32,000 nt of DNA from Candidatus Babelota bacterium (GTDB lineage Bacteria; Babelota; Babeliae; Babelales; Vermiphilaceae): the NCBI GenBank assembly GCA_039809905.1, contig JBDHVY010000001.1, positions 30,001 through 62,000 of the forward strand, given 5' to 3'. The notes under the pieces were generated by a model. That model saw only the letters and a list, made by a program, of their open reading frames with translations. It had not been told where the DNA came from and did not search any database. How positions within the stretch are numbered: position 1 is the first letter of the stretch; each line of letters begins with the position of its first letter. The position numbers and the translations under genes were made by a program. Of the stretch, positions 1-8,169 are shown piece after piece.

Positions 1-714
1 GACAAAAAATCACAAAAAAAAACAATCTCTCTCAAGCACTATATTCCTTTTTGCACCTTGATCGCACTTATGTGTATAGCATTGTTAAAACAACCAGATT
101 TTGGCATGACAATCACACTATTGCTCACGACTATCATTTTATTTTTTTGTGCACATGCAAACATCAAACATATAATTGTTACACTTATCGGACTTGCCAT
201 GAGCGCTGCAGTACTCATTCTTTTTAGACCATATCGTTTACAACGTGTATTAACATTTTTAGACCCTTGGCAAGATCCAAAAGGTGCTGGCTTTCAAATC
301 ATTCAATCTTTAATTGCTATTGGATCCGGTAACTGGCTTGGCACGGGCATTGCGCATTCACGTCAAAAATTCTTCTATTTACCTATGCAACATACTGATT
401 TTATTTTCTCAATTATTGCAGAAGAAACAGGATTGATTGGATGCATATTTTTAATCACCCTTTTCATTTTATTATTATATTTTGGTATTCGTATTGCACA
501 CCAACTTACCAACACTTTTAGTACGTTGGTTATTCTTGGGTTCATGATTCTTATTCATCTACAAACAGTAATGAATATGGCCGTTGCAACAGGGCTCGCT
601 CCTACAAAAGGAGTTGGCATGCCATTTATTAGTTATGGAAACACATCACTTGTCTGTTATCTTTTTATGATTGGTGTTATTATAAATATGGTTCATGAAA
701 AGAGAATTTCTTAA
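1..714 (+). CDS. SEDS-family (FtsW/RodA/SpoVE) peptidoglycan polymerase, C-terminal part; gene is cut by the left window edge
   Basis: Frame 1 has no stop codon from nt 1, so the listed TTG at 58 is not the true start. The translation contains SEDS blocks QPDFG, FLDPWQDPKGAGFQIIQSLIAIGSGNWLGTG, MQHTDFIFSIIAEETG and PTKGVGMPFISYG, plus several hydrophobic helices. Confidence 0.85.
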   Translation, partial: DKKSQKKTISLKHYIPFCTLIALMCIALLKQPDFGMTITLLLTTIILFFCAHANIKHIIVTLIGLAMSAAVLILFRPYRLQRVLTFLDPWQDPKGAGFQIIQSLIAIGSGNWLGTGIAHSRQKFFYLPMQHTDFIFSIIAEETGLIGCIFLITLFILLLYFGIRIAHQLTNTFSTLVILGFMILIHLQTVMNMAVATGLAPTKGVGMPFISYGNTSLVCYLFMIGVIINMVHEKRIS

Positions 715-775
715 CTCATACATCATTTTCAAGAACTCAACAGAGTCTAGAAACAATAAAAATTTAAGGCAAAAC

Positions 776-1549
776 ATGGAACAAATTACTCAAAAAATTG
801 ATGCTCAAACAGAATACATTGCACCAGAAAACAGCTTAGATCCACTTGGTGATGGTATCAGTTCAGTTGAATTAGTTCGCGTATCAGGATCTGATCTTGA
901 TGTTGTTAATGCCGCGCGAGTTTCCTATGGTAAAGTCTCAACAGAAGTCTCTGAACGAGATAAAAAATTAATCAGTTTCTTAATGGAACATAATCATACA
1001 AGCCCATTTGAACATAATCAATTTTCATTTCGTATCAAAGCACCTATTTTTGTTGTACGCCAATGGATGCGTCATCGCATGAATTCTTATAATGAAATTA
1101 GTTACCGTTATGTAAAAGCAGCTCTTGAATTTTATGTTCCACCAAAATGGCGCTCACAAGATCTTAAAAATAAACAGGCCTCTATCGGCTCTTTTGATAA
1201 TGCTGAATTTACTGCAAAATTTAAAGAATCAATTGCTCAAAGCGTACAAACATATGAATATTTGCTTGAAAATAGTGTAGGCAGAGAAATTGCACGGAGC
1301 GTATTACCTCTGTGCACATATACAGAATTTATTTTTACCTGCAATTTACATTCACTCATGCATTTTTTAAAACTACGTTTACACGCAGGGGCACAATTTG
1401 AAATTCGGATGTACGCGCAAACATTGCTTAAACTTGCGCTACCCCATTTTCCAATTTCTTTGGGTGAATGGAAACGTATTCATGCTGCAGAATTAGAAAT
1501 TGAAGAAGATCTATTTACTAAAAACTTTACAGCAGCTGTTGAACAATAA
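776..1549 (+). CDS. thyX: Flavin-dependent thymidylate synthase ThyX
   Basis: The ThyX RHR..S signature is seen as WMRHRMNSYNEISYRY, with an upstream HTSPFEH block. The ATG at 776 (MEQITQK...) is preferred over the ORF-track start at 695, which overlaps the upstream gene. Confidence 0.88.
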   Translation: MEQITQKIDAQTEYIAPENSLDPLGDGISSVELVRVSGSDLDVVNAARVSYGKVSTEVSERDKKLISFLMEHNHTSPFEHNQFSFRIKAPIFVVRQWMRHRMNSYNEISYRYVKAALEFYVPPKWRSQDLKNKQASIGSFDNAEFTAKFKESIAQSVQTYEYLLENSVGREIARSVLPLCTYTEFIFTCNLHSLMHFLKLRLHAGAQFEIRMYAQTLLKLALPHFPISLGEWKRIHAAELEIEEDLFTKNFTAAVEQ

Positions 1550-1630
1550 AATAATTACTATTGATTTTGTTAAAAATAAAATAATAATCTGTGTTTTTGT
1601 AAGTGTTTTATTAAAACAAGGAGATTATCT

Positions 1631-2146
1631 ATGTCAGCAAAATCAACTGCAGCTACTGCCAAAAAAAAATCGAGCACAAAAAAAACTACTGCTAAGAAAA
1701 CTACTGCAAAAAAAACAGCTGTAAAAAAGAAAAGTGCTCCAAAAAAAGCTACCGCTAAAAAAGCTGTTGCTAAAAAAAAATCAGCTCCTGCAAAAAAAGC
1801 TGCTCCTAAGAAAAAAACAGTTAAAAAAGCAGTAGCAAAACGTAAGCCAGCAGCAAAAAAAGCTGCTCCTAAACGAAAAGTAGCAGCAAAAAAACCAAGT
1901 GCTGCTAAAACAACAAAAAAAAGCTCGGCTAAAAAGCCAAGTTCAGCTAAAAAATCAACACCCAAATATGGCCCAGCTGCAGGAAAAGAAGTAGAAAAAG
2001 AAATGCACAAATTCAAAGAAGGAACAGCAACTTCTGGCGTAGGCGAAGCACCAGTAGAATCACGTGAACAAGCTATTGCAATTGGATTATCAAAAGCACG
2101 CAAAAAAGGCGTTAAAGTTCCTAAAAAAGCTGGTAGTTCAAAGTAA
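1631..2146 (+). CDS. Histone H1/Hc1-like lysine-alanine-rich protein fused to a small conserved C-terminal domain
   Basis: The first ~110 aa are almost entirely K/A/T/S/P (AKK, KKTTAKK and KKSAP repeats). The last ~60 aa are non-repetitive (EMHKFKEGTATSG...SREQAIAIGLSKARKKGVKVP). An AAGGAG SD lies 7 nt upstream of the ATG, and a terminator follows directly downstream. Confidence 0.8.
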   Translation: MSAKSTAATAKKKSSTKKTTAKKTTAKKTAVKKKSAPKKATAKKAVAKKKSAPAKKAAPKKKTVKKAVAKRKPAAKKAAPKRKVAAKKPSAAKTTKKSSAKKPSSAKKSTPKYGPAAGKEVEKEMHKFKEGTATSGVGEAPVESREQAIAIGLSKARKKGVKVPKKAGSSK

Positions 2147-2162
2147 TACATAGTTTTTTAAT

Positions 2163-2206
2163 AAAAAGAATCGTGCAGCAAACATGCACGATTCTTTTTT
2201 CTTTTT
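2163..2206. terminator. Bidirectional rho-independent terminator between convergent genes
   Basis: Perfect 11-bp stem: agaatcgtgca (2167-2177) pairs with tgcacgattct (2185-2195), with a 7-nt loop. It is flanked by an A-run upstream and tttttcttttt downstream. Confidence 0.85.
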
Positions 2207-2239
2207 CATAACTTCTATGAAAATTAATAGAGTATATGC

Positions 2240-3691
2240 TTATTTTTTTTCAGCAAGCCTTTCTAAGACCAAACTTTTCAGCGCTGTATAAAAAAGACCT
2301 TCTCCCAAAATACCTTCAATATCTTCAATTATCTTAAGATACAGAGAAAGATTTTCTGGTGATTCTTTGGCCAATTGCTTTTTTATACCAAACCTTGTCA
2401 AATTCTTAGAAAATTCATTCAATATTGTAACACCTTCTTTGAGATCTCCTGCCACTTCTTCTGGCATCCGTTCTTCTTCTAATTGTTTTTCCAACAAACT
2501 CTCTGAAGTTACTTCACCACGACTTTCTATAAATTCAGGTCTTGTTCGCAAGTTATGCAATGGAATTGTCGCATTTCCCTGTTCAATGTTTTCAATCAAG
2601 AACATTAATCGATTTCTTTCATGTGAATCTTTTTGCAAATGATAGACATTTGGTAATGTATCAAGAACTATATATTGTATATCATCACCCATTTTAATAA
2701 TCGCAAAAGCAAAATAATGCCCGTGTGCTTCTGCAACTTCTTCATTGCCAATAATAATAACATGCACAAAGTTTTTTTCCTTTAATCCATCACGTAACTT
2801 TTGCTTAAGATTTTGAACATATATAAATTCTTCTGGATTAAATACACCATATTCAGGAGTTTTATCTAAATTCGAATCAAATAACCCAACAGTACTAACT
2901 GCCGATATATTTGAAATATCAATGCTAAAACTAACACTCATTTTTTTTAAATTATCTTTTACCGTTTCAACATTAATCCAATCATCAATCGAAAGATTCA
3001 AGAGAAAATTTGTTGCACTGTTGATATCGCCAAGATAGGTGAGATATTTAATTTCTCCTGTTTCGCCATAATCACGAATAAGACAGGCATTATTTAACGC
3101 ATGCCCTGCGCATAATGCAGGAGATAATGTTGTTTTTTCTGCCAATTCAAATTGATTCAGACTTTTAATTTGCAGCAATGCTCGATTCCATTCATTATAA
3201 CTGCCTAATGGCACCACACATGGCGCATCAATACTTACCTCTTTTTCTTCAAACCCTACATTTCCCTGATTCGATACAAAAATGTGGTATTTTGGACCAG
3301 GTGCTGCAGTTAAACCTGCAAGTTGTTGCTTGATATCTGCTTCTCCTAATCCTTGGCTACGTAATTCTTGTACCATTTCTTGCGCTATCATTGGATCAAG
3401 CTGAAATCCTTCTTGCTGACTAAATAATGGACATAAGCCCAATTCTTGCATTGATTGTACGTCTGTAGGCACCAAATGAGCTTCTAATGGTTTTTTTTGT
3501 ACATAACTGCTCATTAAGAAACTTTTTTGCGGCATTCTTCTCATTAATCCATGTTTTTTTGCTAATGGAATGGCCATCTGCATTCCATAACACTCATAGT
3601 TACTCCATAATAGTAGAAGCGCAACCATAAGCCTGACGCACAAAGCACATTTGTTTTTTACAGAATCCATATTACTATCTCCATAAACCAT
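2240..3691 (-). CDS. Secreted or membrane-anchored papain-fold (clan CA) cysteine protease with Josephin/USP-like deubiquitinase motifs
   Basis: 483-aa ORF with a hydrophobic N-terminus (CALCVRLMVALLLLW). The Cys box LCAGHALNNA (Cys codon 3110-3112) matches the Josephin pattern C-A-x-H-x-L-N-N. The His box HGHYFAFAIIKMGDDIQYIVLDT (His codon 2717-2719) resembles Josephin and USP His boxes. Confidence 0.45.
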   Translation of the reverse strand: MVYGDSNMDSVKNKCALCVRLMVALLLLWSNYECYGMQMAIPLAKKHGLMRRMPQKSFLMSSYVQKKPLEAHLVPTDVQSMQELGLCPLFSQQEGFQLDPMIAQEMVQELRSQGLGEADIKQQLAGLTAAPGPKYHIFVSNQGNVGFEEKEVSIDAPCVVPLGSYNEWNRALLQIKSLNQFELAEKTTLSPALCAGHALNNACLIRDYGETGEIKYLTYLGDINSATNFLLNLSIDDWINVETVKDNLKKMSVSFSIDISNISAVSTVGLFDSNLDKTPEYGVFNPEEFIYVQNLKQKLRDGLKEKNFVHVIIIGNEEVAEAHGHYFAFAIIKMGDDIQYIVLDTLPNVYHLQKDSHERNRLMFLIENIEQGNATIPLHNLRTRPEFIESRGEVTSESLLEKQLEEERMPEEVAGDLKEGVTILNEFSKNLTRFGIKKQLAKESPENLSLYLKIIEDIEGILGEGLFYTALKSLVLERLAEKK

Positions 3692-3935
3692 TTAATTGAT
3701 CAGATATTACCAATTTTGTCATTATTAATATTAAAATAAATTCAAATATAAAATCAACTCAATAAATAATTTATAATGATTCCCTGTTTTTCTTGCTTAA
3801 TTTTTTTATGTTTTAACAACGCAGTTGAGTTATGCGACATGCTTTATCCATTTATTTTTTGTAGATTTTGACATTAACAAAAAAAAATAGTGTACTTAAC
3901 AGCCATAATAAAAATATCTTAAAAAAAGGATCTCT

Positions 3936-4508
3936 ATGAAGATTGGCAAACTTATTCTTATCGGCATAATTACTTCAAATATTTTTTATGCAATGGATAA
4001 CCCAGAAATTATAGTTAGGAATACATCAAAAGATGATTCAAGCAAACTTGTTTCGAAAAAGAAAAATCCTGTGATAGTAATGCCAACGAAATCGATTACA
4101 CTAGAAAATTCATTAAGTAAAAAAATCGCTGTTGAACCCTATGAGCATCGCGTACATATAAAAGATTTGTTTACGGTAATCCCATTTAATGGTAAAAAAA
4201 AGAGATTAAATGAATGGATTCTCACTAAAAATAAAAAATTCAGTAATATCGAACAGTCATATTTTGACCATACCAATTATCATTACAATGGAACAGTGAA
4301 AGATTTCGATTTTGATGCACTTCAATCTCTATCAGCAGGACGAGGATTTTATTATTCTAACTCTAAACATCAAATCAACATAATAGGAATGTTGATCGGA
4401 GGTGATTGCAAGAACAAAAAAAATCTGCAATCCTATTTTAGCTTTCTTCTGGCACATTATATGGTTCGCAAAGGTCTTATAAATCATCAATCTTATCCAG
4501 AAAAATAA
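3936..4508 (+). CDS. Hypothetical secreted protein
   Basis: 190-aa ORF with a signal-like N-terminus (MKIGKLILIGIITSNIFYA), an AAAGGA SD upstream and a terminator downstream. No recognisable motif. Confidence 0.6.
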   Translation: MKIGKLILIGIITSNIFYAMDNPEIIVRNTSKDDSSKLVSKKKNPVIVMPTKSITLENSLSKKIAVEPYEHRVHIKDLFTVIPFNGKKKRLNEWILTKNKKFSNIEQSYFDHTNYHYNGTVKDFDFDALQSLSAGRGFYYSNSKHQINIIGMLIGGDCKNKKNLQSYFSFLLAHYMVRKGLINHQSYPEK

Positions 4509-4533
4509 GAAAAATAAGCTTTTACAATAGAAT

Positions 4534-4576
4534 AAAAAAAGAAGCCTCGGAACCATATTCCGAGGCTTCTTTTTTT
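4534..4576. terminator. Bidirectional rho-independent terminator
   Basis: gaagcctcgg (4541-4550) pairs with ccgaggcttc (4560-4569) around a 9-nt loop. An A7 run lies upstream and a T7 run downstream. It sits between convergent genes. Confidence 0.85.
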
Positions 4577-4589
4577 ATTCTATATCTTT

Positions 4590-6101
4590 CTATTTATTCC
4601 AGTTCATCGCCAAAGCAGTAAGTAAACGAACACCTACTCCAGTAGCACCAGGACCATAATAAGAAATATTTGGTACATCAAATGCGGTACCTGCAATATC
4701 AAGATGTGCCCATGCAATATCATCAACAAAATTTTGTAAAAAATGGGCCGCAGTTGAAGCCCCAGCTGGTATTTGTTTGCTACCAATATTACAAATATCT
4801 GCAACAGTAGAAGTTATCGCTTTTTTATAATCATCACCCATCGGCAACTGCCATAAGCGCTCACCAGCAATTTCTGCAGCACCGTGTAAACGTTCGATTA
4901 ATGCTGGATGTTCACTAAATAATCCACTATAAAATGGCCCGAGCGCGCGAGAGCATGCGCCAGTTAATGTTGCTAAATCAACAATAACATCTGGTTTATA
5001 ATGTTTCACTGCATAAGAAAGTGCATCAGCAAGAATTAACCGCCCTTCTGCATCAGTATTTTTAATTTCTGCTGTTTTACCATTATAGAACGTTACAATA
5101 TCACCAGGCTTTGTAGCATGACCACTTGGTAAATTCTCTGATGTTGGAGCAATAGCAACAATGTTTACGTCTGGTTTCAATTGCGCAAGTGCATCAATCG
5201 CACAAATAACTGCCGCAGCACCAGACATATCTTCTTTCATAGTTTCCATATAGTCTGCTGGCTTTAAGCTCAATCCACCGGAATCAAACGTTATACCTTT
5301 ACCAACAAAACATAACGTTGGCGCATCTTTTTTTGCAGTTTTATATTCGAGGATAATTAATGCACAATCAATATCTGATCCTCGGGAAACTCCGGCCAAT
5401 CCACCCATACCCATTTTTATAACTTCTTGTTCACCAAATGTAGTAATTTTTAAATCATTACGGTTGGCAACTTTTTGAGCTTCTTCAACCATATGTTGAG
5501 GAGTTAAGTTTGAAGGTGGCATATCAACCCAGTGGCGCGCTTGGTTAACCGCCTTGGCAATAATATTTCCTTCTTTTATCCCCTGCTCAGCTTCTATTTG
5601 ATACTGCTCATCTGCAACAAGAATAGCTTCTGATAATTTATTTTCTTTGGACTTTTTATCGGTAATATAATCATCAAAACGATATTGTGCCATCTGCAAT
5701 GTTATAACTGTTTGTTCTGCCATATAAAAAGGAGAAGCACCAATACCTAATTTTGCGAGTACATGTAAAGCAACAGATGTTCCTTTGCATGCGCGAATTT
5801 CTTTTACTAATTGACCTAATGCACGGCGATAACGCTCAATTGGACTTACACTCTTCGATTCATCACCTACTCCAACCACAATACCAAATGCCACTCTCGC
5901 ATCAATAATCAAAGGAACGGTAAGTGATTCTTGTAAACTTCCGGTAAACTTACGCTGCTTTACAATGGCTGCAAATTCAGGACAGGTCTTTTTGAATGCA
6001 TTACTGATTGCCGCGATATCAAAATCTTTTTCAACGATATAGGCATAACAGTCAACATTATGCGCCAACAAATCTTTAGTTGAAAGGGAGATATTTATCA
6101 T
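4590..6101 (-). CDS. pepA: Leucyl aminopeptidase (peptidase M17)
   Basis: M17 signature NTDAEGRL within IKNTDAEGRLILADAL, plus VGKGITFDSGG and DMSGAAAV blocks. Length is typical at 503 aa. Confidence 0.92.
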   Translation of the reverse strand: MINISLSTKDLLAHNVDCYAYIVEKDFDIAAISNAFKKTCPEFAAIVKQRKFTGSLQESLTVPLIIDARVAFGIVVGVGDESKSVSPIERYRRALGQLVKEIRACKGTSVALHVLAKLGIGASPFYMAEQTVITLQMAQYRFDDYITDKKSKENKLSEAILVADEQYQIEAEQGIKEGNIIAKAVNQARHWVDMPPSNLTPQHMVEEAQKVANRNDLKITTFGEQEVIKMGMGGLAGVSRGSDIDCALIILEYKTAKKDAPTLCFVGKGITFDSGGLSLKPADYMETMKEDMSGAAAVICAIDALAQLKPDVNIVAIAPTSENLPSGHATKPGDIVTFYNGKTAEIKNTDAEGRLILADALSYAVKHYKPDVIVDLATLTGACSRALGPFYSGLFSEHPALIERLHGAAEIAGERLWQLPMGDDYKKAITSTVADICNIGSKQIPAGASTAAHFLQNFVDDIAWAHLDIAGTAFDVPNISYYGPGATGVGVRLLTALAMNWNK

Positions 6102-6146
6102 ATATTTTTTACTCCATAAAATAATTAAAAGTCATGTAATAATAAC

Positions 6147-6182
6147 AAAAAAAAGCACTGCTTGAAAGCAGTGCTTTTTTTT
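6147..6182 (-). terminator. Rho-independent terminator after the 7928-6269 minus-strand gene pair
   Basis: agcactgc (6154-6161) pairs with gcagtgct (6168-6175) around a ttgaaa loop. It is flanked by A8 and T7 runs. Confidence 0.8.
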
Positions 6183-6268
6183 ATCGGATCTTAATCGATA
6201 TCCCCATGTAATTTATCTCCACACTTTAATTGCGGTCCCCATATAAAAAAAATGGAAAATGGGGTTAA

Positions 6269-6859
6269 TTATTCCATATTTTCTTGTCGCTCTTCAGGAG
6301 CATATCCTCGCACAACCATATCACGTGGATAGAAATATGGTCTCCAACTTTCATTTTCTTGTTCAACAATTTGTTGTCTACGGTTTTCTTTGTTTGCAAC
6401 GTACTGTTTAATCTGGGCTCCATAACGATCATCTATAAAGGATTGTAAATCTGCTCGAGAGATAAAGCCTTCTAAATTAATCACTGATCCTTGATTATCA
6501 ACACATCTCTTACCATTATTGAAAAATATAAATGTCGGCATTGTGGTAACGCGATATAAACCAGCAAGATCTGATAAATCCTTACGTCCAACGTTTATCT
6601 TAAGAAAAATAATATCGGCATCATCGTAAGGCTGATATCCACTTAAATCTTCATACATGTTCATTAATCCTCTATTCTGACCACGCATTTTTCCATTTCC
6701 TTTTTCACCTTCATAAAAAAGTGCTACTACCATAGAACCTTTTGATACCGTATTTTCAAAATCTCTGCGAGTCATAACAGCTCTTACTTTTGCATGCAAA
6801 AAATTACCGCTCAATAAAGCACACAGTACTATCATTATCATTTTTTTATTCTTTTTCAT
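6269..6859 (-). CDS. Secreted thioredoxin-fold protein lacking the CXXC active site
   Basis: Signal peptide (MIMIVLCALLSGNFLHA). Thioredoxin-like pattern: VVALFY ... FLKINVGRKDLSDLAGLYRVTTMPTFIFFNNGK. At the position of WCGPC the sequence reads YEGEKGNG, with no cysteines. Confidence 0.6.
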   Translation of the reverse strand: MKKNKKMIMIVLCALLSGNFLHAKVRAVMTRRDFENTVSKGSMVVALFYEGEKGNGKMRGQNRGLMNMYEDLSGYQPYDDADIIFLKINVGRKDLSDLAGLYRVTTMPTFIFFNNGKRCVDNQGSVINLEGFISRADLQSFIDDRYGAQIKQYVANKENRRQQIVEQENESWRPYFYPRDMVVRGYAPEERQENME

Positions 6860-6884
6860 CTTATATGCCTTCTTTTAGTATGTT

Positions 6885-7928
6885 TTATCCAAATAAATGA
6901 TCATCATCTTCTTCATCTTCAACAATACCTTCTTGGGGCAGCTGATTAATATCACCATTCAGGACTTGATCACAGAACAATCGGACATTTTCTATATATT
7001 TTTCAGGATTATAAAAAAATGAATCATAATGCCGGCGCCCATTAGTAAGCCATAAACGCTTATAACCACCAGCATTTTGGTATACATTCATAATTTGCTC
7101 AACAGAAACCTTTTGATCATTTTTACAATGAATAAAAAAAGTAGGAACAGTAATTTTCTTAGCTGATTCAGCCGGATATAAAGGACAAAAATTAGTATTT
7201 ACCCCAGTAGCATCCATTTGGGCAACTGTTTTTAACACCGCTTTAACAAGTGCTTGAACATAGGGATGGAACGCATGTTTTTGCAGAAAATCTCTTCCAG
7301 GCAAATCAAACTCATATCCAAATAAGGTACATTTTAGTCCTTGCAATCCGCTTTGTATAACCTTTTCACTTGAATCAAAAGGACAATCCAATAGCATTGC
7401 ATCAAATAAGTCTGAAACCAAAGCCTGCGCTTCTATTGAAGAAACCGCCCCCATAGAAAATCCATAAACAAAAAGAGGAATACCTTCTAATTCAGGATGA
7501 TTACGTAAAAACTGTGCCGCAGCAATCACATCGAGCGATTCATCTCGCCCAAAAGTGCAATATTGCCCCTCACTATCTTCACCATGAGCTCTAAAATCAA
7601 ATGTCATTACATTAAACTGGCTCTTTTTAAACACTTTTCTCAATATACCCACATCATATCTATCACACATAAACCCATGACAAATCAGAATAGTTGCTTT
7701 TGCATTCTGACACCGCATCAGAACACCTTTACGCGTAATTCTATCATTGCAGTTATGCCCCACTTGTGGATACAAAGAAACGTGTTCTACAACAATACCA
7801 TTACATTCTTTAGTTTTTTCTGGAATAATACATCCATAGGGATTTTCTTGGATATGTCCCACTAGAATAGCTGCGTGGAATACAGATAAAATGATGGTAA
7901 TATAGCTTTTTATGCTTTTCATGATCAC
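6885..7928 (-). CDS. Secreted alpha/beta-fold hydrolase
   Basis: Nucleophile elbow G-F-S-M-G (VYGFSMGA), an ILICHGF oxyanion-region block, a late CKNDQKV (Asp) block and GRRHYDSF (His). Signal-like N-terminus and an acidic tail EDEEDDD. Confidence 0.75.
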   Translation of the reverse strand: MIMKSIKSYITIILSVFHAAILVGHIQENPYGCIIPEKTKECNGIVVEHVSLYPQVGHNCNDRITRKGVLMRCQNAKATILICHGFMCDRYDVGILRKVFKKSQFNVMTFDFRAHGEDSEGQYCTFGRDESLDVIAAAQFLRNHPELEGIPLFVYGFSMGAVSSIEAQALVSDLFDAMLLDCPFDSSEKVIQSGLQGLKCTLFGYEFDLPGRDFLQKHAFHPYVQALVKAVLKTVAQMDATGVNTNFCPLYPAESAKKITVPTFFIHCKNDQKVSVEQIMNVYQNAGGYKRLWLTNGRRHYDSFFYNPEKYIENVRLFCDQVLNGDINQLPQEGIVEDEEDDDHLFG

Positions 7929-8169
7929 CTTTTTTTATTCTTTTTTCTCTATCAGTCTATCATGACAAAATTACAACTTGCAATGTTTTTTGCATTTAAA
8001 AACAACAAGATATGAACTATTTTGCCTTTTATCATAAAGAAATAGCTCTAATACCTGATTATAAAAGCACCAAATTTCCCAAAAATAAAAATTAATGCTA
8101 TCTTAATAGTATTAATAAAGGTTTTTAACAAAATAAATTAATATCACCGCTTGGGGAGGACTAATTCTT

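Noticed and set aside
1570-2151. 193-aa minus-strand ORF antisense to the K/A-rich gene, together with the 74-aa plus-strand ORF at 1500-1724
   Set aside because: The antisense of AAA/GCT-rich low-complexity coding sequence automatically yields a long F/A/L-rich ORF. The plus-strand gene has the SD, the terminator and a recognisable C-terminal domain. ORF 1500-1724 overlaps the thyX 3-prime end and has no support.
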